From the NCBI GenBank assembly GCA_964016885.1, contig OZ024752.1:40672001-40736000 (forward strand): a stretch of 64,000 bases of DNA, read 5' to 3'. The translations under genes were made by a program, and so were the position numbers. Source of the DNA: Eledone cirrhosa. Lineage: Eukaryota. A model generated the notes under the pieces. It had not been told where the DNA came from, made no database searches, and was given only the letters and a program-made list of their open reading frames with translations. Shown here one piece after another: positions 30,424 to 44,887 of this stretch; position 1 is the first letter of the stretch, and each line of letters begins with the position of its first letter.

Positions 30424-30873
30424 GCAAAGTTTTATTTAAATTGTTGGGTTACAACGAGTAAATATTTTATAACTGATATAAAAGCACTCAACAGTTTCTG
30501 GAGTAGGTTTACGATATTAAACAAATGGAAACTATATTTATAAAACCATATTTATTACGTTATATATATTTCTGGGATATCATATTAAAAATATGGTATG
30601 CCTTCCTCAGACAAAATACAATACATAAGCTGTTTTATAAATAATTTTGACATACCTTATAATAATGCAACTTCCATTTAAAAAGTTACTACCAAATAAA
30701 CTTTTTAAATGGAAGTTGCATTATTATAAGGTATGTCAAAATTATTTATAAAACAGCTTATGTATTGTATTTTGTCTGAGGAAGGCATACCATATTTTTA
30801 ATATGATATCCCAGAAATATATATAACGAAATAAATATGGTTTTATAAATATAGTTTCCATTTGTTTAATATC

Positions 30874-30874
<1 letters not shown>
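30424..30874. mobile_element. Family A asymmetric foldback (about 175-bp arms), hammerheads at 30553-30618 (-) and 30768-30833 (+)
   Basis: TATTTTGT-CTGAGGA-stem II-GAAA-T-atat-A-TA-ACGAAATA. Confidence 0.85.
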
Positions 30875-30916
<42 letters not shown>

Positions 30917-30917
<1 letters not shown>

Positions 30918-31283
30918 CGGCGATGAATTAGTTTTGCGAGGTTTTTTTATATGAAATCGTGTGTCGAAACAAATATTGTTATACTCGGGGAGGGTCATAT
31001 TTGTGTAATATTGCCAGAATTATGGCGTAGACATACAATACAACAGGAGGAAACGATAACACCACTGACGATGTTGCAGATGTGCAACGAAAGATTTATG
31101 ATAAACTATATATATGTGTTTGTGTCTATATTGTATCTGTATTATTTTTGACCGTCGGTCAGTCAATGGCAACATTGAGGACCGAGTAAGTTAGATTACC
31201 GATATAAAAGACACAGAAGCGAAAACCAACCAAACAGTGAGTGTGTTCTGTTATTAATTCTGGCAATATTACACAAATATGAC
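30917..31283. mobile_element. Family F element in (TA)n with about 49-bp inverted repeats and hammerhead-like motifs
   Basis: IR TATTGTTATACTCGGGGAGGGTCATATTTGTG...; internal CTGACGA-T-GTTGCA-gatg-TGCAAC-GAAA; end homologous to 49487-49580. Confidence 0.6.
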
Positions 31284-31296
31284 CCTCCCCAAGTAT

Positions 31297-31362
<66 letters not shown>

Positions 31363-31364
<2 letters not shown>

Positions 31365-31566
31365 CGAAGGAATTGTGGTAAGGAACCAGATAGACCATAA
31401 CGCACCAGAGTACTCAATACTTAGGGTAGTCGAGTGGGAAATAGGAAAAATTATGACCCCGACGGCAGAGCTGAAGCCGTTTCGACGGCTATTTCTGGAC
31501 AGAAATAGCCGTCGAAATAGCCGTCGAAACGGCTTGAGCTCTGCCGTCGGGGTCATACTTTTTCCT
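31363..31566. mobile_element. Family C asymmetric foldback
   Basis: Same ends as 6501-6688; small junction duplication AATAGCCGTCGA. Confidence 0.78.
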
Positions 31567-31884
31567 ATATATATATATATATATATATAGGAAGGTAGTA
31601 CACCATAATCGAAGCTCTGGTTGCGGGCAAGCTAAAGAATGCTGTCGGGATGGGCAGCCAAAAGCACTCAATAAGGAATGTATTTATATATATATTTATA
31701 TATATATTATATATATATAATATATATATATATAATATATATATATATATTATATATATAACATATATATATATATATAATATATATATAACATATATAT
31801 ATATATAACATATATATATATATATATAATATATATATAACATATATATATATATATATATATATATGAATATTTACATATATA

Positions 31885-31928
<44 letters not shown>

Positions 31929-32031
31929 GAGAGAGAGAGAGGGGGTAGTGTGGATAACCAGATAAATGAGGACATAGATTGAAAAATCGATTGCCAGATG
32001 GCTGAAACCATCACACACATATAACATAGAA

Positions 32032-32069
<38 letters not shown>

Positions 32070-32079
32070 ACACACACAC

Positions 32080-32114
<35 letters not shown>

Positions 32115-32154
32115 TATAACATAGAATCACACACACACACACATAAACATAGAA

Positions 32155-32190
<36 letters not shown>

Positions 32191-32635
32191 CAACGCACGC
32201 ACACAGGCAGTCACACACAAATATACATACACACATATAACATAGAATCACACACACACATACACATACACACATATAACATAGAATCACACACACACAC
32301 ATACACAGCAACGCACGCACACAGACAGTCACACACAAATACACATACACACATAAACATAGAATCACACACACACACACACACATACACATACACAGCA
32401 ACGCACGCACACAGGCAGTCACACACAAATACACATACACACATATAACATAGAATCACACACACACATACACATACACAGCAACGCACGCACACAGGCA
32501 GTCACACACAAATACACATACACACATATAACATAGAATCACACACACACACACACATACACAGCAACGCACGCACACATGCAGTCACACACAAACACAC
32601 ATACATACATACACACCACACACACACTCTCACAG

Positions 32636-32721
<86 letters not shown>

Positions 32722-32954
32722 ATATATATATATGAATGTATGCACGTATATATATATATATGTATATATACATATATATGTGTCTATATAAAAATATATA
32801 TACATATATATATATATATGTATACACACATACATATCTATATATATGTATATATACATATATATATGTATATATACATATATATATATATAAATATATA
32901 TATATGTATATATACATATATATATATAAATATATATATATGTATATATACATA

Positions 32955-32986
<32 letters not shown>

Positions 32987-33075
32987 AATATATATATATG
33001 TATATATAAATATGTATGTATGTATACTCATAAACATACACACACACATATATAAATATAAATATATGTATGTAT

Positions 33076-33355
<280 letters not shown>

Positions 33356-33409
33356 GCCACGTTAATACTTAAATACACAGTAATGCAGAACGCCGAAAGA
33401 AACACAAAA

Positions 33410-34240
33410 ACGCACACGCACACACGCACACACGTTCAGACACATGCTCAGACACACACACACCCGCACAGCATATATACTAGCACACGCACAAGCACAG
33501 ACACACGCTCAGACACGCGTACACGCACAGACACGCTCAGACACACGTACACGCACGGACACACGCACACGCACAAGCACAGACATACGCTCAGACACGC
33601 GTACACGCACAGACACACGCTCAGACATACGCTCAGACACACGTACACGCACGGACACACGTACACGCACACGCACACGCACAGACACACGCTCAGACAC
33701 GCGTACACGCACAGACACACGCTCAGACACACGTACACGCACGGACACACGTACACGCACACGCACAAGCACAGACACACGCTCAGACACGCGTACACGT
33801 ACGGACGCACGTACACGCACACGCACAAACACACGCTCAGACACGCGTACACACGCACAAGCACAGACACGCGTACACGCACGGACACACGTACACGCAC
33901 AGACACACGCTCAGACACGCGTACATGCGTACATGCGTACACACGCACAAGTACAGACACGCGTACACGCACGGACACACGCACACGCACAGACACACGC
34001 TCAGACACGCGTACACGCACGGACACACGTACACACACACGCACAAGCACAGACACACGCTCAGACACGCGTACACACGCACAAGCACAGACACGCGTAC
34101 ACGCACGGACACACGATTACGCACACGCACACGCACAGACACACGCTCAGACACACGTACACACACGGACACACGTACACGCACACGCAGAGACACACGC
34201 TCAGACACGCGGACAGCTACACGTACACGATCAGACACAC
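33410..34240. repeat. CA-rich compound minisatellite (CAGACACACGCT...); a similar CA-rich array at 32010-32600
   Basis: Directly visible. Confidence 0.9.
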
Positions 34241-34465
34241 ATGTTATTTTTGAATAGCCAATTATATTGGAATGTTTTAAGGAATTTTTTAATAAAACAA
34301 ATCGGTATTCAGTGTAAATAATTGCATTAAATTGAAGAACACTTCTCGGTTTACGAAAAAATGCCAAGACAAATAATTATACTAGAGAAATGCTATTTTT
34401 TTTCTCAATATGCTGAGTGTTTATATATATATATACATATATATATGTATGTATGTATGTATGTA

Positions 34466-35170
34466 TGATGGTATCCAAAGATGTTGACTTGTTCTTCTTT
34501 TTGGTAAATATCATCTTGGTTAAGAGAGTGGGACTGGCTTTGTGTAGTGCCTTTGCTCACTATAAAAGCTTCACGGCACAGGCATTGCTTGGTATCTGGA
34601 GATCTCACTGCACTTGTCGTCTCATGGTGCCAAGGGCCCAGCGCTATGTGTCAATAGTTGTCGCAAGTGTATTGTGTTTGTACCAGGGTTTTCAAGTCGC
34701 TGGCTGGACTAAAAAGTCACACTCGTTCAGCGCATTAGTAGGGGTTCTCCTACATGGATATAAGGTAGTGGCCGTACTCGAAAACGAGTTAGCAGCCACC
34801 ATGTATGTATGTATGTATGTATGTATGTATGTATGTATGATGGTATCCAAAGATGTTGACTTGTTCTTCTTTTTGGTAAATATCATCTTGGTTAAGAGAG
34901 TGGGACTGGCTTTGTGTAGTGCCTTCGCTCACTATAAAAGCTTCACGGCACAGGCATTGCTTTATATCTGGAGATCTCTCTGCACTTGTCGTCACATGGT
35001 GCCAAGGGCCCAGCGCTTTGTGTCAATAGTTGTCGCAAGTGTAGTGTTTGTACCAGGGTTTTCAAGTCGCTGGCTGGACTAAAGAGTCACACTCGTTCAG
35101 CGCATTAGTAGGGGTTCTCCTACATGGATATAAGGTAGTGGCCGTACTCGAAAACGAGTTGGCAGCCACC
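34466..35170 (+). mobile_element. Two tandem 5'-truncated copies of the (ATGT)n-associated retroposon
   Basis: 34466-34800 and 34838-35170, same 5' breakpoint, each followed by (ATGT)n. Confidence 0.88.
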
Positions 35171-35705
35171 ATGTATGTATGTATGTATGTATGTATGTAT
35201 GTATGTATGTATGTATGGCAGCCACCATGTATGTATATATAATGTGTGTCTATATGTGTATATAATGTATGTATATATAGATGTGTGTTTATATATATTA
35301 TATGTTATATTATATATATATATATAATGTATATCTTATATATATGTTATATATTATGTTATATATTGTTATATATGCATATATAATGTTACATATATTA
35401 TCTTATGTATGTATATATATATTTATACATACATACATACATACACACACACACATATATATATACATGTGTGCGTGTATCTGTTAAAATGTCTGTAAGT
35501 TTTCGAGGCGAAACGAAATTGAAGTAAAATGAAAGCCGCATAAACCGTAGATATACTGAAATAAGACACAAATTCGTCCTTCATCTCTCAACCACACAAG
35601 ACATAAGACATAACCTTCTCTCTACCACATAAGACATATGACATAGCCTTCTCTCTGCCAGATAAGACATATGACATAGCCTTCTCTCTACCACATAAGA
35701 ATAAC

Positions 35706-36073
35706 CATGAACGACACCACAACACTTTGTTTTGAAAATTTTGAAAGTAGGTTTATAAGTATGAATTTTCATAAGATTTTCGTAGTTGTCTCAGTGGCCT
35801 AGCGGTAGATACTGGAGATCCTGGTGTTGGGTTCAATCCTGGTCAAGGGGTACATGTAACCTTTTTCAGTTTTTATTTTACAATCAATAGAAAAAAACTG
35901 AAAAAGTTTAGCGTGAACACTATTCCCGACCAGGTTAGAACTTCAGACCAAGACCACCACCGTCTATGATTCCTCCAACTAGGCCACCGAGACAGCTACG
36001 AAAACATGATGAAAATTGATAATTATAAACCTACTTTCAAAATCAAAGTTAAAAAGATGTTCTGACGTTGATG
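35706..36073. mobile_element. Foldback element with two convergent tRNA-like (A/B-box) cassettes, copy 1
   Basis: Arms TTTTGAAAGTAGGTTTATAA / TTATAAACCTACTTTCAAAA; TGGCCTAGCGG...GGTTCAATCC (+) and TGGCCTAGTTGG (-). Confidence 0.7.
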
Positions 36074-36421
36074 GCTTTCCTAGAGCTATTAGTAATATTT
36101 AGGTTCGACTTGGTAAGAACCTTATTATTTAACTGTTGTTTAATTATTTATTATTTATTATTTATTTAATTATTTAATTATTTGTCTTATTTAATTGTTT
36201 AACTGTTGAATTAATTTAATTTGATTATTTTAGCAAACAAATGATATATGAGAGAGAAAGAGAGTGGGTGAAAAGAAAGATGGGGTGCAACAGAAATGAA
36301 ACATGGATTACAGGTTAAAATATAGTCTAGATAAATGTGAAACAAAACGAGGATATAGTTTATGGAACACCCAAATGATTTAGAAGTCGACCTTAAGTAG
36401 GAGCAATAACATTAAAAAAGA

Positions 36422-36790
36422 CATGAACGACACCACAATATTTTGTTTTGAAAATGTTTAAAGTAGGTTTATAAGTATGAATTTTCACAAGTTTTTCGTA
36501 GTTGTCTCTGTAGCCTAGCGGTAGATACTAGAGATATTGGTGTTGGGTTCAATCCTGGACAAGAGGTACATGTAACCTTTTTCAGTTTTTATTTTACAGC
36601 AAATAGAAAAAAAACTGTGAAGATTTACCTGGAACCCTACTCATGGCCAGGATCGATCTTCATACCAGGATCACCACTGTCTATGATTCCTCCAACTAGG
36701 CCACAGAGACAACTACAAAAGTATAATGAAAATTGATAATTATAAACCTACTTTCAAAATCAAAGTTTAAAAGATGTGGTGGCGTTCATG
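36422..36790. mobile_element. Foldback element with convergent tRNA-like cassettes, copy 2
   Basis: Diverged direct copy of 35706-36110. Confidence 0.7.
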
Positions 36791-38286
36791 GCTTTCCTAG
36801 AGCTATTAGTAATATTTAGGATCGACTTTTGGTCATTATTGAAAGTCTCTGGATTTCGCAAAATACATAATATTTTTTATTGGAGAAGGTAAAATATTTT
36901 TCCGCAAAAATTTGATTGCACTGTTTTGTTTCCACTTATGTATTTTTCGAAAATGTTATTTATTCATTATAAATGATAGCATTCTATATGTAGATGGGCC
37001 CCCTTCATCTCCTGGCAACCAATATTTTTAGACCCAGTCCGCCACTATATATATATATATATATATAGTGGACTATCAGTTGCTTAGGAATTTAAAAAAA
37101 AATCGATGAAATCTTGTTAAACTTAATAAGCACAATTCTTAAAAAAATATTAATTTTCAAAATTGCCAAGAAACTCTTGACCTACGCTGTATATATTGAT
37201 AAAGAAAAACAAAGACAGCTGGTCAGATAATACGAGCAAATGGACCTACGTCAGTTTCAACGATGAGCGTTCCATTTGTTTTAAATGGAATAGTCTACTC
37301 GTGAAATAACGAGACAGAAAACCTAGGGGAAGACGGTTACATGGAGTTTCCAATTCATCAACTGGTTATTTAGTGTCCTGCACTAAGGAGAGTAGTCTCG
37401 CCTTTAGCAGCCGAAACTACGGAGATATCCCCTTGCTAGCTGTTCAGCGGGCTATCACGTGTCCACTTGTGACTATTTTTGGTACCTAGTCTAGTTATTT
37501 CTCTCTCTCTCTCTCCCACTCTCTCACTGTGTTTGTCTCACTATCTCTCACTATCTCTCTCTCTGTCTCACTCTCTCACACACACACATGTATGTATGTA
37601 TATAAGTATTCATGCCTCTTTGTATGTATGTATGTATGTATGTGTGTATGTATGTATGTCTCTGTGTATCCATCGTTGTATGTATGTATGTATGCCTCTT
37701 TGTATGTATGTATGTATATATGTATGTATATATGTATATACGTATGTAAATATGTATGTATGTATATGTGTCGGTATGTCTGTATGCCTCTTTGTATGTA
37801 TGTGTGTGTGTACGTATGTATATCTGTGTGTATCCATCGTTGTATGTATGTATGTCTGCAGGCCTCTTTGTATGTATGTATGTATGTATGTATGTATGTA
37901 TGTATGTATGTATGTATGTATGTATGTATGTATGCATGTATATATGTGTGTATATATGTATGTATATACGTATGCATATATGTATGTATATATGTCCGTA
38001 TGTCTGCAGGCCTCTTTGTATGTATGTATGCATGCATGTATATATATATATGTATATATGTATGTATATACGTATGTAAATATGTATGTATGTATATATG
38101 TCTTTATGTCATGTCTGTATGTCTGCATGCCTCTTTGTATGTATGTATGTATGTATGTATGTTTTCTCTTTCTCTTAATTTCGAGTATATTTTTTTGACC
38201 GGCCACCTTCCTGGTGGCAAGGTTGTAAAAGAAAAGAAATTGTCATCCCTTGAATCGCAAGAATGTTTTGCATATTTTGAAGGTTG

Positions 38287-38320
<34 letters not shown>

Positions 38321-38337
38321 TGTATGTATGTATGTAT

Positions 38338-38933
38338 GTTGGTGCTACTGGTAACATGTATCCCAGTACAACCTGTCTCATGGTCGGGTCGTTGGCGACT
38401 AAACTGGCAACCCCACCAAGGTTTCTTGGTGAGGAGGGTGACTTTGGACATCCTGCAGGACTAAAAACAAAACCTGTCAAAGGGCAAAGGAGCTCTTAAG
38501 AGTCAATGGCCATCCAAAATCACCGGGAGAGATGACCCCTTAGCCTTTGTCAAGGTAGAATTCTAGGAGAAGGAAAACTCTGATATAACACCTGCAACCC
38601 TGATGATATCCAATGATGTTGACTTGTTCTTCTTTTTGGTAAATATCATCTTGGTTAAGAGAGTGGGACTGGCTTTGTGCACTGCCTTTGCTCACTATAA
38701 AAGCTTCACGGCACAGGCATTGCTTTATATCTGGAGATCTCTCTGCACTTGTCATCACATGGTACGATGGGCCCAGCACTATGTGTCAGTAATTGTCACA
38801 AGTGTAGTGTTTGTACCAGAGTTTTCAAGTCGCTGGCTGGACTAAAAAGTCACACTCGTTCAGCGCATCGGTAGGAGTTCTCCTACATGGATATAAAGTA
38901 GTGGCCGTACTCGAAAACGAGTTGGCAGCCACC
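38338..38933 (+). mobile_element. Longest (about 596 bp) copy of a non-coding retroposon inside (ATGT)n, probably RTE-related
   Basis: Flanked by (ATGT)n on both sides; nested 5'-truncated copies elsewhere; CTAGGAGAAGGAAAACTCTGA resembles a motif I recall from RTE 5' UTRs (unverified). Confidence 0.75.
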
Positions 38934-39359
38934 ATGTATGTATGTATGTATGTATGTATGTATGTATGTATGTATGTATGTATGTATGTATGTATGTATG
39001 TATGCATGCCTCTTTGTATGTATGTATGTATGTGTGTATGTATATAGATATGTATGTATGTCAATGTATATACATACATATGCTGTAATACTTATATAAA
39101 GATTATATATCACATATATTTCGAGTAACAACTCTCTGAGGATGAATATGTGTACGCGCGAATGAACTTGTGTAATGCAAATGGATATTTAACTGCAGGT
39201 ATACGTTCCATATACGTGTGTCTGTTCCTGTGCACATTGCATACGTATCTGCATGTATTTCTGCATCACGGCTTGCAGATGTGAAGAGACTGGCTGGCAG
39301 CTGCACATGTGTGTGTGCAATTTCGTTCACGCTGACACGTGTGTTTAAGTAAGTCTATG

Positions 39360-40110
39360 TGTGTGTTTGTGCATATGCGTTTGTGCATGTGTGTTTGTGT
39401 CTGTGTGTCTGTGCATGTGTGTCTGCGCATGTGTGTGCATCTGTGTTTGTGCATGCGTGTCTGTGTTTTTGTATCTGTGCAATCGCTTTTGTGCATGTGT
39501 TTTTGTGTATGTGTGTCTGTGCATGTGTGTCTGCGCATGTGTGTGCATCTGTGTTTGTGCATGCGTGTCTGTGCATGTGTGTCTGTGTTTTTGTATCTGT
39601 GCAATCGCGTTTGTGCATGTGTGTTTGTGGATGTGTGTCTGTGCATGTGTGTCTGCGCATGTGTGTGCATCTGTGTTTGTGCATGCGTGTCTGTGCATGT
39701 GTGTCTGTGTTTTTGTATCTGTGCAATCGCTTTTGTGCATGTGTGTTTGTGGATGTGTGTCTGTGCATGTGTGTCTGCGCATGTGTGTGCATCTGTGTTT
39801 GTGCATGCGTGTCTGTGCATGTGTGTCTGTGTTTTTGTATCTGTGCAATCACTTTTGTGCATGTGTGTTTGTGGATGTGTGTCTGTGCATGTGTGTCTGC
39901 GCATGTGTGTGCATCTGTGTTTGTGCATGCGTGTCTGTGCATGTGTGTCTGTGTTTTTGTATCTGTGCAATCACTTTTGTGCATGTGTGTTTGTGGATGT
40001 GTGTCTGTGCATGTGTGTCTGCGCATGTGTGTGCATCTGTGTTTGTGCATGCGTGTCTGTGCATGTGTGTCTGTGTTTTTGTATCTGTGCAATCGCTTTT
40101 GTGTATGTGT
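39360..40110. repeat. TG/GCAT-rich tandem repeat, about 122-bp higher-order unit
   Basis: Recurrent TTTTTGTATCTGTGCAATC. Confidence 0.88.
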
Positions 40111-40774
40111 GTCCCTGCATGAGAGTTTGTACATGTGTTTTTGCATGTATGTTTATGCATGTGTGCTTTTTGTATGCATGTTTGTGTATGTGTATCTGTG
40201 CAAGTGTGTCTGTGTGTTTGTGTATGTGTGTTTGTGCATGCATGTATGTTTGCGTATGTGTGCTTGTGTGTGGCTGCTTGAGTACGTGTATTCGTGCACG
40301 TGTGTCACTATGAGTCTTTATGTGTATTATTATGTATATCATTTAATATGTGTGTATGCGTGAATGTATGTTTGTGCATGTGTGTGTGTGTGAGAGTGTG
40401 TGTTTGTATGTATGTGTGTGTGTAAGACTGTGTATATATTTTGGCGCAAGTAAGAGTATTTGGGATGTAAGCACACGTGTATATTTGTGTATATTTGCAG
40501 AATGCGCTGTGCAATATGAGGCTAAGAATAGTTTTCAGACACATTTACCTCACCAACTCTCAGTTTCAGGGATTACCTCAAATTACAGAGAATAAATAAA
40601 ATGGAACGGGGTAAAAACAACCCCCCCTCCCCCCAAAAACGGAAAAAGAAATAAAAATGCGAGGTCTTTCGGGAAAGTATCCGACCTTAGACTGGAAAAT
40701 TGTTTACGTAATTGAAGGGATTTAATTGTTAATCCTATTCGAAGGAGACTCCTTGTGTCTCCCCATACTTAGAC

Positions 40775-40859
40775 CTGCGACAATTCCAATATTAAAACGA
40801 TGTCTGGAGTGCTTCAGCCGGAATGGTTCCCAGTTCCACCATCTGGTATCGTCTCGGTT
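40775..40859 (-). CDS. Candidate 85-nt internal exon
   Basis: ctgctgctttcAG | NRDDTRWWNWEPFRLKHSRHRFNIGIVA(x) | GT with weak donor; phase-compatible with neighbouring candidates. Confidence 0.25.
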
Positions 40860-41240
40860 CTGAAAGCAGCAGGCTTTCAGTGACATCTCCATTTTTTTGG
40901 TGGCAGAGCAAGCAGAATATGTAAGAATGCATGTGGTTCTACTCCGCACACAAATGTCCCCTAACGTAGTTTCTTCCCACAGGATAAAAATGAAGCCGAA
41001 TACTTTTTCGAAAGACACCGTAAAAAAGAAGCATAAAAACAAAAACAAAAAAAAAAAAATGGCGCAAAAAAATCAAAATCTCGGACATTCTATTTCTTAT
41101 TTGCATTGCCGAACGATAATCAGCTTATCAAAATCTATTGAATCTAGAAATCTATATGAGAACAGACCAATCTACAACAGAATTACTTCTATCTTACTTA
41201 ACTACTACCACACAATGTAATGCAGTATTGCATTGTATGC

Positions 41241-41362
<122 letters not shown>

Positions 41363-41421
41363 TTATATATATATATATATATTTATTTATATACATTTAT
41401 ATATATATTTATATATATATT

Positions 41422-41477
<56 letters not shown>

Positions 41478-41484
41478 TATTTAA

Positions 41485-41574
<90 letters not shown>

Positions 41575-41585
41575 TTAATATAGAT

Positions 41586-41638
41586 GAGATTCTACAGGAG
41601 TAGAACTGTTTCATTCTTTAGAAATCATCAGGAATCTC
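41586..41638 (-). ncRNA. Type-I hammerhead (family B) in element 41571-41720
   Basis: GAGATTC-CTGATGA-TTTC-taaa-GAAT-GAA-ACAG-ttctactc-CTGT-A-GAATCTC; perfect 7-bp stem I. Confidence 0.8.
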
Positions 41639-41719
41639 AGAGATATTAAAACTTTTATACTCTGCAATGTATTGAGTACCTTACTTGCTGTAGTTACCTC
41701 CGACTCAACCCGGAATAAC

Positions 41720-41943
<224 letters not shown>

Positions 41944-42152
41944 GTGTATAGATAAAGATATATTGTTCAATCTGTCTCGGTATTACTCTGAAATTTAGAT
42001 TGATCAGTAAAATAACTACCAACGGGTGGGGTGGGGTGGGGGTTGGGGGGGGGGGGGGGGTGGCGTTGCGGAAGAGACACTGATATCTGAATGCTGCGTA
42101 ATCTCCAATGTTTGAATAGCATCTAAACATAGAGATAAACAATAATATATAA

Positions 42153-42213
<61 letters not shown>

Positions 42214-42216
42214 AAT

Positions 42217-42409
<193 letters not shown>

Positions 42410-42474
42410 CATACACTCACACGTGCACATATGTATATATGTATACACTTATACGTACACACATTTCAAACAAG

Positions 42475-42552
<78 letters not shown>

Positions 42553-42938
42553 AAAAAAATATATATATATATATTTATTTATATATAAATTCATAAACTA
42601 CATGAATACACCAAATTCCATAATTGATGGACCAATATTTATTATGTAACTTACACGTGTTTCGTTAATATGTTAATAATTACATCTAGAATCGCTAATC
42701 CGACGTAGATTTCAGGATAATTCGACTTCAAATTTGCTGCATAATAAATTTTATTCATTTTTTATATAAATACTCCAGGAATTACCACTCATAGTACCTA
42801 CGGTTGATCCCCACGGGCACAACTGTGAAATGCGATTTGTATGTTGAGTAAAAAACCACCACTCTATGTTAACAGAGTCTTCGATTTGATGTTACGCAAA
42901 TTCAACTAACGGAAACCGTGTGTGTGTGTGTGCATATG

Positions 42939-43106
42939 CAGTAATATTCCGTTATAACGAAATTCACGGAGTATAAAATAATCGTTATAACGAAAAATTT
43001 TTTATAACGAGATTCACCGAACACATTGAGCGAGTGGTTGGGGATTGAAAAAAATTCGCGATACTGAAAAATTCGTTCTAATAGTGTTCGTTATAACAGA
43101 ATTTTC

Positions 43107-43110
<4 letters not shown>
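42939..43110. mobile_element. Degenerate pogo/Tigger-type MITE
   Basis: Starts CAGT, repeated palindromic TTCGTTATAACGA subterminal motifs. Confidence 0.55.
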
Positions 43111-43145
<35 letters not shown>

Positions 43146-43146
43146 T

Positions 43147-43446
43147 AATTAAAATAACAGATTAAAGTTTAAGCAAAGAATCGCTGCTTTCACCCTTTAA
43201 ACTTTAATCTGTTATTTTAATAAATATTTGCTCTACGGTTCTTATATATTTGATATATATTTATCCTTATCGAGCCCTCTTTGGATTTTAGTCTTCAAAT
43301 TTATTATTATTACTATATATATATAACTATATATATATAATCTGTTATTTTAATAAATATTTGCTCTACGGTTCTTATATATTTGTTATATATTTATCCT
43401 TATCGAGCCCTCTTTGGATTTTAGTCTTCAAATTTATTATTATTAC
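43147..43446. mobile_element. Family D asymmetric foldback plus tandem second tail copy
   Basis: TTAAAATAACAGATTAAAGTTTAA / TTAAACTTTAATCTGTTATTTTAA arms; tail identical in type to 49798-49907. Confidence 0.75.
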
Positions 43447-43458
43447 TATATATATATA

Positions 43459-43838
<380 letters not shown>

Positions 43839-44257
43839 CAGGGAATATATATTCTCCAAACGACTTACACTTTTACAAACATATAAACATATACTTCAAT
43901 TAGATCAAATGTTCTGCAGTCAAATTAGTGCTTGATGTCTTTTACGACCAAAGTTAATTTTACACGCTTCGTTGGACATCCACGTGACGTGTTTCGATGT
44001 CCGCGACACGGCTTGAGGTGGGAGATTCTAATGGGGTATGTGAAATTTTAAGAGATGGCTAAATATTCTATATGCCTTAAACAAAGGTCGATAAAGGAAC
44101 AAACGAAGCATATGAAATAATAGAACGGTTTTATACAAGTGTTTACATTAGAGTAGACAACCCAGACTTTATTATACGCATATTTGCATCTCTCGCCCTC
44201 TCGCTCTTTCTCTCTCCCACCTCTCTCTTCCACCTCTCTTTCTCTCTCTCTATATAT

Positions 44258-44362
<105 letters not shown>

Positions 44363-44438
44363 CTATATATATTCGTTCCAATTTCATTGTTTACAACATT
44401 GACCCTCAGAGATATTCACCACGTGCGAAATGCATTTG

Positions 44439-44514
<76 letters not shown>

Positions 44515-44741
44515 GCGTGTATGTATGTATGTGTGTGTATGTAAATAAATAATTATATATCTATTTATTTACATACATACACGATCACGCATATATATAT
44601 ATACATATATATATATATATGTGTGTGTGTGCGTATATATATATATATATATATAAATATAAACATGTGTGTGTGTGTGTGTGTGCCTGTGTATTTGTAC
44701 ATTAAACTGTATCAGCTTGTCTGTGCGTCTATGTAATTGGG

Positions 44742-44887
<146 letters not shown>

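Noticed and set aside
35787-35850. tRNA gene
   Set aside because: A/B boxes are present but there is no proper cloverleaf; it is part of a repeated foldback element. SINE heads were rejected as tRNA genes for the same reason.
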